Source: Wolbachia endosymbiont of Drosophila innubila (GTDB taxonomy: Bacteria > Pseudomonadota > Alphaproteobacteria > Rickettsiales > Anaplasmataceae). From it: a DNA stretch of 32,000 nucleotides. A model generated the notes under the pieces. The model did no database searches. It saw only the letters and a list, made by a program, of their open reading frames with translations, and had not been told where the DNA came from. The stretch is taken from contig NZ_CP076228.1 in assembly GCF_021378375.1 (NCBI RefSeq), forward strand, positions 420,001 to 452,000, in the 5' to 3' direction. The position numbers were made by a program, and so were the translations under genes. This document shows, piece by piece, positions 15,509 to 25,795 of the stretch. The stretch's first letter is position 1. Each line of letters starts with the position of its first letter.

Positions 15509-16540
15509 ATGGATATTATTTTAGCAACAGGTGGCACAGGTGGGCATATCTTTCCGGCCATAGCTTTAGCAAAAGCACTAAAGACACAAGGATACAATTG
15601 CATATTATTCACTGATAAAAAAACAAATAAAAATACCGACATAGAAAGCTACACCTTACCATTACGTAGACCAAGCAGCAACAAATTTAAGTTTTTCCTT
15701 TTCTTGATATACAGCTCTATGTTAGCACTGTATCAAGTAAGAAAATTAAAACCAAAATCGGTCATTGGTTTTGGTAGCTATGCTTCTTTTCCAACTCTTC
15801 TTGCAGCAAGAGTTCTTTCTATACCTATAATTTTACATGAACAAAACACAGTTTTAGGGAGAGTAAATAGATTCTTTTTCAAGAGTGCAAAATTAATTGC
15901 AACCAGCTTTCCGGAGACTAAATATGCAGAGGGCAATAAATGTATTTTTACAGGAAATTTTGTTGATATAAAAGCACAGAGCCATTCTAGCACTGAGAAA
16001 ATCCTAAATATATTGGTCATAGCAGGCAGCCAAGGTGCAAATTTTTTTGATGATGTAGTAAGCAGCGTAATTTGTGATTTACCTATTAAAATGAAAAAGA
16101 AAATTAGAGTGACGCAGCAATGTACGAAGAAAAATGTAAACAAGGTCAAAAGTCTATACAAAAGTGAAAAGATCGATTGTGAATTGAGTGAATTTTTTGA
16201 TGATATGGAGAATAGACTGGCCAATGCTCACTTGGTAATTAGCAGAGCAGGAGCAACTTCAATAGCAGAGATCACTCTTGCTAGGCGTTCTGCTATATAT
16301 ATTCCTTACCCTTACTCAAAAGATAATCACCAATTTTATAACGCAAAATATATTGAAGACTCGAGAGCAGCTATAATAGTTAAGCAGAATAGTGAAGCAA
16401 AAAAAAATCTAACAGAGGTACTATTTGATCTATTAAATAATTCTCAAAAATTGCGTGATATGACCAATAGTACAGAAAAAACAGGGATAAAGAATGGGAC
16501 TACTGAGTTTGTTAAGGTGATTGTTCACAGGTTTAGTTGA
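15509..16540 (+). CDS. murG: Undecaprenyldiphospho-muramoylpentapeptide beta-N-acetylglucosaminyltransferase
   Basis: 343 aa, with the N-terminal ILATGGTGGHIFPAIALAKAL and the C-terminal ISRAGATSIAEI..PYPY..DNHQ..NA blocks typical of MurG. Confidence 0.9.
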   Translation: MDIILATGGTGGHIFPAIALAKALKTQGYNCILFTDKKTNKNTDIESYTLPLRRPSSNKFKFFLFLIYSSMLALYQVRKLKPKSVIGFGSYASFPTLLAARVLSIPIILHEQNTVLGRVNRFFFKSAKLIATSFPETKYAEGNKCIFTGNFVDIKAQSHSSTEKILNILVIAGSQGANFFDDVVSSVICDLPIKMKKKIRVTQQCTKKNVNKVKSLYKSEKIDCELSEFFDDMENRLANAHLVISRAGATSIAEITLARRSAIYIPYPYSKDNHQFYNAKYIEDSRAAIIVKQNSEAKKNLTEVLFDLLNNSQKLRDMTNSTEKTGIKNGTTEFVKVIVHRFS

Positions 16541-17454
16541 TGGCTGCTTGCTTTTTCTTCAAACACGTCCCAAAGATCCTTTTCTAGCGATATATTATAC
16601 AATTTATTGATATAAACTACTCCCGTGGGTGAAGTTGTGTTAATTTCGAGCAGGAAGTCATCTATAATATCAATACCAACAAATATTAGCCCTCTTTTCT
16701 TTAATTCAGGACCAATTTTGTTACATATTTCATTGTTTCTATCGTTCATTTGAGCGGGCTCAAAACTTGCTCCAAGTCGCATGTTTGTTCTGATCTCTCC
16801 ACTGATTTTTGGAATTCGTTTCATTACACCAATTGGTTGGCCATAAAGTAGCAATATTCTTTTATCTTTATCTATGTTTTTACAAAATGATTGTGCAATC
16901 ACAGGGCATTCGTATTTTGCTATCATGAGATCCACTACTACTTGAATACTATTCTCATCTTGTATTCTTATCACATCGTTTCCTCCATAACTATACAATG
17001 GCTTCAGAATAATATCTTGATAGTTGTAGTAGAAATCTCTAATCATTGATATATTTTCAGTAATCAAAGTTGGCGGAATTAGTTCTGGAAATAATGAAGT
17101 TATCAATTTTTCAGGACAATTTCTTATTTCTGTTGGATTGTTAATTACCAATGCGCTAGTTTTTTCTAAGATATATGTTGTTGTAATGTAACGCATATCA
17201 AAAGGTGGATCCTGTCTGATAAATATGATGTTCATTTCATTCAAGTTGATAGCTACATCTTTTTTGGAGATAAAACTAAAATCATCAACGCTGACTTTCT
17301 GAGCAAAAGCAATTGGATAGTTTAGCTTTAGTGCTAAATTATCAGGAGTATAAACAAAAATTTCATACCCCCTCCTTTGTGCTTCTTTTATTAGCGCAAA
17401 TGTAGTATCAGTTTCAAAATTTATATTTTCATCCATCTGAAAGGCAATTTTCAT
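16525..17454 (-). CDS. gshB: Glutathione synthetase (prokaryotic ATP-grasp type)
   Basis: 309 aa. MKIAFQMDENINFETDTTFALIKEAQRRGYE.. and ..GVDIIDDFLLEINTTSPTG match GshB N- and C-terminal domains. Convergent 16-bp overlap with murG. Confidence 0.9.
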   Translation of the reverse strand: MKIAFQMDENINFETDTTFALIKEAQRRGYEIFVYTPDNLALKLNYPIAFAQKVSVDDFSFISKKDVAINLNEMNIIFIRQDPPFDMRYITTTYILEKTSALVINNPTEIRNCPEKLITSLFPELIPPTLITENISMIRDFYYNYQDIILKPLYSYGGNDVIRIQDENSIQVVVDLMIAKYECPVIAQSFCKNIDKDKRILLLYGQPIGVMKRIPKISGEIRTNMRLGASFEPAQMNDRNNEICNKIGPELKKRGLIFVGIDIIDDFLLEINTTSPTGVVYINKLYNISLEKDLWDVFEEKASSHQLNL

Positions 17455-17514
17455 TTATGTTCTCTACCTATTGTCACAACTGTACAAATGTTATAATTTG
17501 AAAGCGATTTTTGC

Positions 17515-18111
17515 CTAATGGCGTAACTTACTGTACCTGTATCGTACATAACTTACAACTTGTTTTACTCCCTTTACTTTTCTTGCAATTGCTATTACAG
17601 CTTTTAATTCCGCTTTATTTTGGGCTATACCCATCAAATAAACAACTCTATCAACCGTATTAACGCTATAATTAATTGACTTAATATTTCTTTTTCCCAG
17701 GAGTCTTGTTCTTATTTCCGCTGTTATCATGCCATCTACAGTGGTGTCTAGCATGGAAGCCATTTGAATTGGTATTACTCTTATTTCATTTATCACTTCT
17801 TTAATTTCTTTTTGCTGCCAAGCTATTTTTTCTGCTGTAAGTTGTTTTTCAGGAGTGTCAACACTTCCAATGAGCAATACTCTTCCTTCACTTACTTTAA
17901 CCTTTATGGATGAAAATAGCCCATGTTTTAAGAGCTCCTTATTAATTCTGATGACCATAGTCGTATCATCAATGATATTTCCCAAGGATTTGTCCTGCAT
18001 TGTTATTGCTGTTGCTGCCGCTGTAGCCACCACACCACCTATTATAAGGGTTGTGCAACCACTTTGTGTAATCAAAAAAATTGCGAGTAAGAAGCTTGTT
18101 ATTAATCTCAT
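17515..18111 (-). CDS. BON-domain lipoprotein (OsmY/DolP-like)
   Basis: 198 aa. Lipobox LITQSGC after a signal peptide, and two BON-like repeats (..VKVSEGRVLLIGSV.. and ..VNTVDRVVYLMGIA..). Confidence 0.8.
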   Translation of the reverse strand: MRLITSFLLAIFLITQSGCTTLIIGGVVATAAATAITMQDKSLGNIIDDTTMVIRINKELLKHGLFSSIKVKVSEGRVLLIGSVDTPEKQLTAEKIAWQQKEIKEVINEIRVIPIQMASMLDTTVDGMITAEIRTRLLGKRNIKSINYSVNTVDRVVYLMGIAQNKAELKAVIAIARKVKGVKQVVSYVRYRYSKLRH

Positions 18112-18203
18112 TATTGATTTTCAGGGTTTAGAGCTTTCATTAAGAAATGTTAATAAGCTTTTTTGATTGTGTAAATACCATAAATTAAGTAAGACTTTAA
18201 ACC

Positions 18204-18232
18204 TTGAATATTTTTAATGGAATACCTATAAT
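18204..18232 (+). promoter_or_regulatory. Sigma70-type promoter candidate for tRNA-Leu
   Basis: TTGAAT (18204-18209), 17-nt spacer, TATAAT (18227-18232), about 20 nt upstream of the tRNA 5' end. Confidence 0.5.
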
Positions 18233-18251
18233 AGAGTACTAAAAATTTCTT

Positions 18252-18333
18252 GCGGATATGGCGGAATTGGTAGACGTGCCAGGTTTAGGTCCTGGTGAGC
18301 TTGCTCGTGGGGGTTCAAGTCCCTCTATCCGCA
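18252..18333 (+). tRNA. tRNA-Leu (anticodon UAG), class II with long variable arm, no encoded CCA
   Basis: Acceptor GCGGATA/TATCCGC, anticodon stem CCAGG/CCTGG with loop TTTAGGT, variable arm TGAGCTTGCTCGTG, T arm GGGGG-TTCAAGT-CCCTC. Confidence 0.9.
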
Positions 18334-18488
18334 CTTTAAAGTCATGTAACTTAGGTTTTAAGGGAAAATTTATAATCACTAAATACACTTTTGTTTGTGT
18401 AAAAACCTGTTCTTAAGGATTGTGTTTAACTTAAATTCTGGTAAAATGACTCTATTAAGATATGAATTAAAATGTTAATAAATGAATT

Positions 18489-19826
18489 ATGATGTCTAAT
18501 AATATACCTCAAAATACAGTCGAAGTAAGTAGCGTATATACCTACAAAGAGCTTAGTATAGATAAACTAAAGTATGAGTATGAAATCACAGTTGGTAGTG
18601 ATTATATAAAACAAAAGGTAAATTCCAGGTTGCAAGAGATAGCAGAAAATGCAAAATCACCTGGATTTAGGGCTGGAAAGATGCCCTATGACCTTGTTGT
18701 TGCAAATTATAAAAACGAGGCTTTGGAATATGTGATAAATAATACAATTGATTATTGCTCAAGTGATTTGATGAAAAAAATTGAAGTCAAGTCTCACATT
18801 TATCCTAAGGTTGATGTTATATCATTACCAGATCTGGGCAAAGAAAATGAGGAGGGCAATTTTGTATACAAGCTATCTTTTGAGTCGATGCCTGAAGTAC
18901 CAGTGATAGATCTTGACAAAATAAACTTAAAGAAAATTGAAGCAAAGATTGAAGAGGAAGATATAAAAGAATTTATTGATTCTATTAAAACAAAGTTCCC
19001 CAATTTCGCCTCTGTTGATGATGCTTCTTATCAAGCGAAAGATGGGGATAAATTGATAATTGATTTTGAAGGGCGGATTAGGAATAAGCTCTTTCAAGGT
19101 GGAAGTAGCAAAAATTTTGCCGTTAATTTAGGGTCTGGCACATTTATTAATGGTTTTGAAGATCAATTAACTGGTATGAAAAAGGGAGAAACAAAGAACT
19201 TTAAGTTGAAATTTCCTGAAAATTACCAAGCCATTTCCCTTGCAGGACAGGAAGCTGATTTTTCTGTGCGAGTTAATGAGATTCAAATTGCCAAAGATTT
19301 TGAAAATGATGATGAAATAGCTAAGAGTATTGGGTTTAAAGATTATTCTTTGCTAATAAATCATGCAAAAAAAATGATTGGTGATCAGTGCACCGAAATG
19401 AGAAATCTCTTAATTAAAAAGGAGCTGTTTGATTATTTGGATGCTAATTATAGTTTTGATTTACCCACAGACATAGTAAAACAGGAGCAACAAAGAATGG
19501 AAGGAGAATTGGGTGCTCAAAATGATTCTCGTAAAGAAGCTGAAAAACGTGTAAAGCTTGCTATGTTATTTATGAAATTTAGTGCAGAACATAAAATATC
19601 ATTAACTCAAAATGATGTTTTGAGTGTTATTGTAAATCAATATGTCAGTAAAGATGTGCAATTTGACAGAGTACTTAAGCATTTTGAATCAAATAAACAA
19701 TTTCAAGAATTAGTTAGAGGGCAAGCGCTTGAGTATAAAGTGACAGATTATATAATAGAAAAAGTTAGTAAAGAAGAGCAGATTGTTTCTGTGAAAGAAT
19801 TAAAGGAATTATTTGATAATATTTAA
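18489..19826 (+). CDS. tig: Trigger factor (ribosome-associated PPIase chaperone)
   Basis: 445 aa. FRAGKMP ribosome-binding-region motif (GFRxGKxP), a central FKBP-like segment, and position upstream of clpP-clpX-lon. Confidence 0.9.
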   Translation: MMSNNIPQNTVEVSSVYTYKELSIDKLKYEYEITVGSDYIKQKVNSRLQEIAENAKSPGFRAGKMPYDLVVANYKNEALEYVINNTIDYCSSDLMKKIEVKSHIYPKVDVISLPDLGKENEEGNFVYKLSFESMPEVPVIDLDKINLKKIEAKIEEEDIKEFIDSIKTKFPNFASVDDASYQAKDGDKLIIDFEGRIRNKLFQGGSSKNFAVNLGSGTFINGFEDQLTGMKKGETKNFKLKFPENYQAISLAGQEADFSVRVNEIQIAKDFENDDEIAKSIGFKDYSLLINHAKKMIGDQCTEMRNLLIKKELFDYLDANYSFDLPTDIVKQEQQRMEGELGAQNDSRKEAEKRVKLAMLFMKFSAEHKISLTQNDVLSVIVNQYVSKDVQFDRVLKHFESNKQFQELVRGQALEYKVTDYIIEKVSKEEQIVSVKELKELFDNI

Positions 19827-19837
19827 TAGGGAAAGGT

Positions 19838-20464
19838 ATGACTCTTATACCAATTGTAGTTGAACAAACTAGTCGCGGTGAGCGCGCTTATGACATATAT
19901 TCAAGACTAGTGAAAGAAAGAATAATTTTTGTAACAGGTCCTATTGAAGACAATATGGCCAGTGTAATAGTAGCACAGCTTTTATTTTTAGAATCGGAAA
20001 ATCCCGATAAAGACATTTGTATGTACATCAACTCACCAGGTGGTGTTGTAACTGCTGGTTTGTCGATCTACGATACAATGCAGTATATAAACCCAGACGT
20101 TTCAACTTTATGTATAGGTCAAGCTGCGTCTATGGGTTCTTTATTGCTTGCAGCTGGTACAAAAGGTAAGCGCTACTCTCTACCTCATTCAAGAATTATG
20201 ATACATCAGCCATCTGGTGGTTATCATGGTCAAGCAACTGATATAGAAATACATGCTAATGAAATTTTGCGGGTTAAGAAAAAACTAAATCAAATTTATG
20301 AAAAACATACTGGAAATTCACTGAAGAAAATTGAAGGAATGATGGAAAGAGATAAATTCATGGATCCTGAAGAAGCAAGGAAAATTGGCTTAATTGATAG
20401 GGTGATAGCTGAGCGTACAGATATTGAAATTGAAAATATTAAAGTTAAACAAAAGGTGGGTTAA
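19838..20464 (+). CDS. clpP: ATP-dependent Clp protease proteolytic subunit
   Basis: 208 aa. [17 protein letters not shown]-type N-terminus, active-site GQAASMGS and HQP blocks. Confidence 0.97.
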   Translation: MTLIPIVVEQTSRGERAYDIYSRLVKERIIFVTGPIEDNMASVIVAQLLFLESENPDKDICMYINSPGGVVTAGLSIYDTMQYINPDVSTLCIGQAASMGSLLLAAGTKGKRYSLPHSRIMIHQPSGGYHGQATDIEIHANEILRVKKKLNQIYEKHTGNSLKKIEGMMERDKFMDPEEARKIGLIDRVIAERTDIEIENIKVKQKVG

Positions 20465-21741
20465 TGGATAACAATAATGATTTACACTACTGTTCTTTTT
20501 GCAACAAGGCGCAAGATGAAGTAGATAAATTGATTACTAACTCTTCGGATGGTTTAAAGGTGTTTATTTGTAATGAGTGCATAGAATTATCCCATAAAGC
20601 AATAAGTCAAAAGAAAGATAGATCTTTTAATTCAGATCGTATATCTGATATGAAGCTATTACTAAAGAAACCTGAGGATATAAAAAACTTTCTCAGCAAG
20701 CATGTTGTAGGTCAAGAACACGCGCAACACGTTTTATCTGTAGCTATGTATAACCATTGTCAATCCATGGTACAATTTCATGCTATAAGTGATATTGAAA
20801 TCGAGAAGTCAAATATAATGCTTATTGGTCCCACTGGTTCTGGTAAGACTTTGCTAGCCAAAACACTTGCTAAAGTTTCAGATGTGCCATTTGCTATGGC
20901 TGATGCGACAACTTTAACTGAGGCAGGTTATGTGGGTGATGATGTAGAAAGCGTGTTGTCGCGTTTATTACAAGCTGCAAATTATGACGTTGTAAAAGCA
21001 CAGCGTGGTATAGTGTTTATAGATGAAATAGACAAAATTACAAGAAAATCTGAAAGCACTTCAATAACCCGTGACGTTTCAGGTGAAGGGGTCCAGCAAG
21101 CTCTGCTTAAGATTATGGAGGGTACAGTTGCTTATGTTCCGCCACAAGGAGGGCGAAAACACCCACAACAAGAGTTTATACAAGTGGATACTAGTAACAT
21201 ACTGTTTATTTGTGGAGGAGCTTTTGAAGGCCTCGATAAAATTATTGAAGCGAGAAAAAAGGGAACGTCAGTTGGCTTTGGAGCAGATATAAGTCAGTCT
21301 AAAGAGCAAAAGAAAAAGAATGCTTTACATGATGTTCAACCTGAAGATTTAATCAAATTCGGTTTAATACCCGAATTTGTAGGGCGGGTTCCAATAACTG
21401 CTGTTTTAGATGAGCTGGATCATGAAGATTTAATACATGTGTTGACAGAGCCAAGGAATGCACTAATAAAACAGTACAAAGCATTGCTTGCGTTTAGCAA
21501 AGTAAACCTTGAGTTTTCAGATGAAGCAATATCAGCTATTGCTAAAAAGGCTATAAGCTACAAAACAGGTGCAAGAATGTTACGTGCTATCTTGGAGTCA
21601 CTTTTGCTTGACATTATGTATACATCTGGAAACGGAGGCTTTGAAGGTAGCACTATAGTAATCACTAAGAAAATGGTAGAATTAGGAAAAGCAACGGTTA
21701 ATCATAATAACAATGGCAATGTTATAACGGTTAATGATTAA
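20464..21741 (+). CDS. clpX: ATP-dependent Clp protease ATP-binding subunit ClpX
   Basis: 425 aa. N-terminal zinc finger CSFCNK...CNEC, Walker A GPTGSGKT, Walker B FIDEIDK. TAATG stop/start overlap with clpP. Confidence 0.97.
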   Translation: MDNNNDLHYCSFCNKAQDEVDKLITNSSDGLKVFICNECIELSHKAISQKKDRSFNSDRISDMKLLLKKPEDIKNFLSKHVVGQEHAQHVLSVAMYNHCQSMVQFHAISDIEIEKSNIMLIGPTGSGKTLLAKTLAKVSDVPFAMADATTLTEAGYVGDDVESVLSRLLQAANYDVVKAQRGIVFIDEIDKITRKSESTSITRDVSGEGVQQALLKIMEGTVAYVPPQGGRKHPQQEFIQVDTSNILFICGGAFEGLDKIIEARKKGTSVGFGADISQSKEQKKKNALHDVQPEDLIKFGLIPEFVGRVPITAVLDELDHEDLIHVLTEPRNALIKQYKALLAFSKVNLEFSDEAISAIAKKAISYKTGARMLRAILESLLLDIMYTSGNGGFEGSTIVITKKMVELGKATVNHNNNGNVITVND

Positions 21742-21756
21742 TTTGAGGCATATATT

Positions 21757-24210
21757 ATGAACATTGAACGTGCTGTAAGCTCTAGTTTTACTGCATTGCC
21801 AGTATTACCTTTAAGAGATGTAGTAATTTTTCCAAATATAATGGTGCCTTTATTCATAGGCAGAGAAAAATCTGTTAATGCACTAGAGTATGCAATAAGT
21901 AGTAGTAATCACCAAAATGAGATTTTTCTTGTAGCACAGAAAGATGGCTCTGTTGATAATCCAGAGCCTGAAGATCTTTATGAAGTAGGTGTGTTAGCAA
22001 GCATTGTACAACCGTTAATAAAATTACCTGACAATGCAGTAAAAGTTATAATCCGGGGGATAAGAAGGGGAAGAGTTGTAGAATATATTAGCTCTCATAC
22101 TTTATTACAAGCCAGGGTAGAGTTAGACAATTATTATAAAGAAGATGAAGACAATATTGATTTAGAAGCTTTAAGGCGGTCTGTTGTAGACGCGTTCGAT
22201 AGCTGGTGTAAGCTAAACAAGAAAAATCAACCCGAGGTTGCCATTAACTCCATTGATCAAATCAAAGAAGTTGATCAACTTGTAGACACGGTAGCTTCAC
22301 ATTTAAATATAAAAGTATCAGATAAACAAAGTATACTTGAGGCTTATGACCCAGAAGAGCGTTTAAAAAAAGCTTTTGCTTTTATTGAGAGAGAAATGAG
22401 TATTTTGAACGCACAAAACCGTTTATATAAGACAATTAAATCGCAAGTTGAAAGCACTCAGAAAGTTTACTACCTTAACGAGCAATTGAAAGCTATACAG
22501 AAAGAATTAGGCGAATTTGAGAATGGTGATGAAGGGAATATACTCAATGAATTTGAAAAAAAGATAAATGAAACAAAGCTTTCTCAGGAAGCAAGAGAGA
22601 AAGCTATAACTGATTTGAAGAGATACAAGAAAATGAATCCCATTTCTCCTGAAGCTACAGTTATATCTAGTTACTTGCATTGGTTGCTTGAGTTGCCATG
22701 GGGAAAGTACAAAGATGCAAAAATTAACTTAAATGCAGCTAAGAAAATCTTAGATGAAAATCATTATGGCATAGAGAAAGTAAAAGATAGAATAATAGAA
22801 TTTTTAGCGGTATTAAAAAGAGTAAAAGAGATAAAAGGTCCTATACTTTGCTTAGTTGGACCGCCAGGTGTTGGTAAAACTTCTTTAGCTAAGTCTATGG
22901 CAAGAGCAGTAGGAAGAGATTTTGTTCGCATAGCTCTTGGTGGTGTGTGTGATGAGTCTGAGATACGAGGGCATAGGAAAACTTATATTGGCTCAATGCC
23001 TGGTAAAATCATTCAACACATGAAAAAAGCTAATTCATGCAACCCGCTTTTTCTGCTTGATGAAATAGATAAGATGGGTTCTGATTCGCGTGGCGATCCT
23101 GCGTCTGCATTACTTGAGGTTTTAGATACTGAGCACAATAAACACTTTACGGATCATTACTTGGAAGTTGAGTTTGATCTTTCAAGTGTAATGTTTGTAG
23201 CTACGGCAAACAGCTTAAATTTACCACATCCTTTGCGTGATAGGATGGAAATTATACAATTGTCCGGGTATACTGAAGATGAAAAAATCAGTATTGCTAC
23301 ACACCACCTTATTCCGAAGTTAAAGAAGGAGCATGGTTTGTATCAGAAGGAATGGGACATAACTAATGAGGCGTTATACGAGTTGATACGTTTATATACA
23401 CGTGAAAGTGGTGTGCGGAGTATGGAAAGGGAGCTTGCAAAGCTCATGAGAAAGGCAGTTAAAGAAATATTGACTGATAAAAATAAGAAAATATCCGTAG
23501 GGGTTGACAATTTACAAGATTATTTAGGGGTACGTAAATATACCTTTGGCATTGCGGAAAATGAGAGTTTAGTAGGAATAGTAACTGGGCTCGCCTATAC
23601 TGAAACAGGTGGTGATATTTTGATGATAGAATCAGTCCTAATTCCGGGCAAGGGAGAAATAAAATACACAGGAAAGCTTGGAGAGGTTATGCAAGAATCT
23701 ATAAAAGCTGCGTATAGTTATATTCGATCAAATTGTTTGTTTTTTGGTATAAAGCCCGAAAAATTCCAAAATAATGATATACATTTGCATGTACCTGAGG
23801 GTGCTGTACCAAAAGATGGCCCTTCTGCTGGCGGCGCGGTATGTACGTCTATTGTTTCTCTTATGACAAATATATCAGTTAACAAAAATGTTGCTATGAC
23901 AGGCGAAGTGACATTGCGTGGTAGAGTTTTAGCTATCGGGGGCTTGAGAGAAAAATTGCTTGCAGCGCTCAGAGGATCAATCAAAACTGTGATTATACCA
24001 AGTGAAAATGAGAAAGATATGCAAGAAATTCCGGCAAGCATCAAAGAAGGGATCAACGTAGTTTTTGCTAAGAATATTGATGAAGTTATGAAAGTTGCTT
24101 TAATGCACCCCACTACTCCAATTAATGGTGATGATAATCAAAATAGTGTGCCTTCCTCTATAGAAAATAAAGATGATACTTTTCCTATATCGGAAACATT
24201 GAAGCATTAG
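21757..24210 (+). CDS. lon: Lon protease (LonA)
   Basis: 817 aa. LON N-domain, Walker A GPPGVGKTS, LLDEIDK, and catalytic PKDGPSAG with a downstream K in the protease domain. Confidence 0.97.
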   Translation: MNIERAVSSSFTALPVLPLRDVVIFPNIMVPLFIGREKSVNALEYAISSSNHQNEIFLVAQKDGSVDNPEPEDLYEVGVLASIVQPLIKLPDNAVKVIIRGIRRGRVVEYISSHTLLQARVELDNYYKEDEDNIDLEALRRSVVDAFDSWCKLNKKNQPEVAINSIDQIKEVDQLVDTVASHLNIKVSDKQSILEAYDPEERLKKAFAFIEREMSILNAQNRLYKTIKSQVESTQKVYYLNEQLKAIQKELGEFENGDEGNILNEFEKKINETKLSQEAREKAITDLKRYKKMNPISPEATVISSYLHWLLELPWGKYKDAKINLNAAKKILDENHYGIEKVKDRIIEFLAVLKRVKEIKGPILCLVGPPGVGKTSLAKSMARAVGRDFVRIALGGVCDESEIRGHRKTYIGSMPGKIIQHMKKANSCNPLFLLDEIDKMGSDSRGDPASALLEVLDTEHNKHFTDHYLEVEFDLSSVMFVATANSLNLPHPLRDRMEIIQLSGYTEDEKISIATHHLIPKLKKEHGLYQKEWDITNEALYELIRLYTRESGVRSMERELAKLMRKAVKEILTDKNKKISVGVDNLQDYLGVRKYTFGIAENESLVGIVTGLAYTETGGDILMIESVLIPGKGEIKYTGKLGEVMQESIKAAYSYIRSNCLFFGIKPEKFQNNDIHLHVPEGAVPKDGPSAGGAVCTSIVSLMTNISVNKNVAMTGEVTLRGRVLAIGGLREKLLAALRGSIKTVIIPSENEKDMQEIPASIKEGINVVFAKNIDEVMKVALMHPTTPINGDDNQNSVPSSIENKDDTFPISETLKH

Positions 24211-24499
24211 ATTAAGAAAATATTATCAATCTCCATTTCTCTTTTATCCGGCAAGAATCTACCAGCTTGTGCATTCCATAAGGATATGACTTGCTTTGTT
24301 GTTATGTCATTCATATTTTTTACTTATTCTATCTCCCAGTTTTATTCAAGTAGATGATATATTATAATAGTCCTTTTCATGGAAACCTTTTCTGGTAGAT
24401 TGCTTTCTAGAAAAACCTTGGTCAAGGTGCTAACTGTGGTTTATAATAATATAAATCATATCATAGTTGATTTGCGTTTATCAGAGCTGGAGTAGAGGT

Positions 24500-25795
24500 A
24501 TGTTTTATCTTACAAATTTTTTGCCTATTTTACTGTTCCTATTTCTTTTTGTAGGAAGTGGTATATATTTTACTATTCTTGGCGTGTCAAATGCTTTTTA
24601 TCAGTTATCTCCACTGGTAGCCATTGTTCCTGCCATAGCTCTGGGTTGGGTTTTATACAAGGGCAATACTGAAGAAAAAATGTATGCCTTTCTAGATGGG
24701 GTAAGAGATCGTAATATTATCACTATGTGTATCATTTTCTTACTTGCAGGTGCATTCAGTGAAGTAACTAAAGCAATCGGTAGTGCTGATGCCACAGTTA
24801 ATTTGGCTCTTTCATTTATACCAACACAATTTTTACTCATAGGATTATTTTTTGTAGCAGCTTTCATCTCCACTGCTATTGGTACATCAATGGGCACCAT
24901 TGCAACAATTGCTCCTATTGCAGTTGAACTGACACAAGCTGGAATTTCTCCTTCCTTAGGAGTTGCAACCGTTGTAGGAGGAGCAATGTTTGGCGACAAT
25001 TTATCTATTATCTCTGATACTACAATTGCATCTGTGATGTCTCAAAAGGCTGATATAAAGAAAAAATTAAAACTGAATGCAAAAGTGGCACTAATTGCTT
25101 CTATATTCACAATAATTATATTATTTTATAGCTCAAGCAATAGTGCTGCTATTTCAGTTAAGGAGTATTCTTTATTGCTTGTGACTCCTTACATAATACT
25201 TATATTGCTTGCAAACTTTGGAATAAATGTATTTACGGCATTGGTTTTAAGCATAACTTTTGCTGGAATCATTGGATTTATAAATAACAACAATCATGGT
25301 TTATTGTTTTTAAGCCAAAACATCACCAAAGGGTTTATGAGTATGCATGAAATTATGCTACTGTCATTGATGGTTGGCGGGCTTTCAGGACTGGTAGGTA
25401 AAAATTCTAAGGAGCTTGCAGATAAACTTTCATCTTGGGTTATGATACAACGTGGTGGACAAAAAACTGCGCAATTATTTATTGCAAAAATAGTCAGCAT
25501 ATTTGATATTTTACTTGCAAATAACACCATCGCTATAATTTTTAGTGGTGAAATTGCTAGAGATATTGCTAAGAAATATGAAATACCGCCTCACTATAGT
25601 GCAGCATGGCTAGGCATATTTTCTTGTGTATTTCAAGGATTAATACCGTATGGCGCTCAATTGCTTTTGGCTAGCACTATTGCTGGAGTTTCACCTTTGG
25701 CAGTCGTGCCACACGTATACTATTGCTATGTTTTAGGTATTATTGCAGTGTTATATATTGTATTGAACAAAATTGAGAAAAAAGATTGTGCTTAA
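24500..25795 (+). CDS. NhaC-family Na+/H+ antiporter-like transporter
   Basis: Polytopic membrane ORF with a GGAMFGDNLSIISDTT block typical of the NhaC family. ATG at 24500 preceded by GGAGTAGAGG is preferred over the TTG at 24467 in the ORF track. Confidence 0.75.
   Translation: MFYLTNFLPILLFLFLFVGSGIYFTILGVSNAFYQLSPLVAIVPAIALGWVLYKGNTEEKMYAFLDGVRDRNIITMCIIFLLAGAFSEVTKAIGSADATVNLALSFIPTQFLLIGLFFVAAFISTAIGTSMGTIATIAPIAVELTQAGISPSLGVATVVGGAMFGDNLSIISDTTIASVMSQKADIKKKLKLNAKVALIASIFTIIILFYSSSNSAAISVKEYSLLLVTPYIILILLANFGINVFTALVLSITFAGIIGFINNNNHGLLFLSQNITKGFMSMHEIMLLSLMVGGLSGLVGKNSKELADKLSSWVMIQRGGQKTAQLFIAKIVSIFDILLANNTIAIIFSGEIARDIAKKYEIPPHYSAAWLGIFSCVFQGLIPYGAQLLLASTIAGVSPLAVVPHVYYCYVLGIIAVLYIVLNKIEKKDCA

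Noticed and set aside
15778-16224. Antisense ORFs inside conserved genes (15778-16224 in murG, 17855-18166 in the BON gene, 23718-24113 in lon, 24601-24999 and 25294-25530 in the transporter, 28438-28950 and 29273-29545 in recJ, 30509-30745 in ygfZ)
   Set aside because: Each lies opposite a gene with clear family motifs and has no independent start or ribosome-binding-site support; these are typical shadow ORFs.
16525-16540. Convergent gene overlaps (murG/gshB 16 bp; maf/effector gene 9 bp at 662-670) and the clpP/clpX TAATG overlap at 20464
   Set aside because: These are ordinary in compact genomes, with no extra structure seen. They are noted only as annotation detail.
24210-24316. 35-aa minus-strand ORF MNDITTKQVISLWNAQAGRFLPDKREMEIDNIFLI in the lon-nhaC spacer, plus a 10-bp inverted repeat aatctaccag/ctggtagatt about 130 bp apart
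   Set aside because: No convincing ribosome-binding site, no recognisable family, and very short. The inverted repeat is short and widely spaced, and no terminator hairpin was seen after lon.
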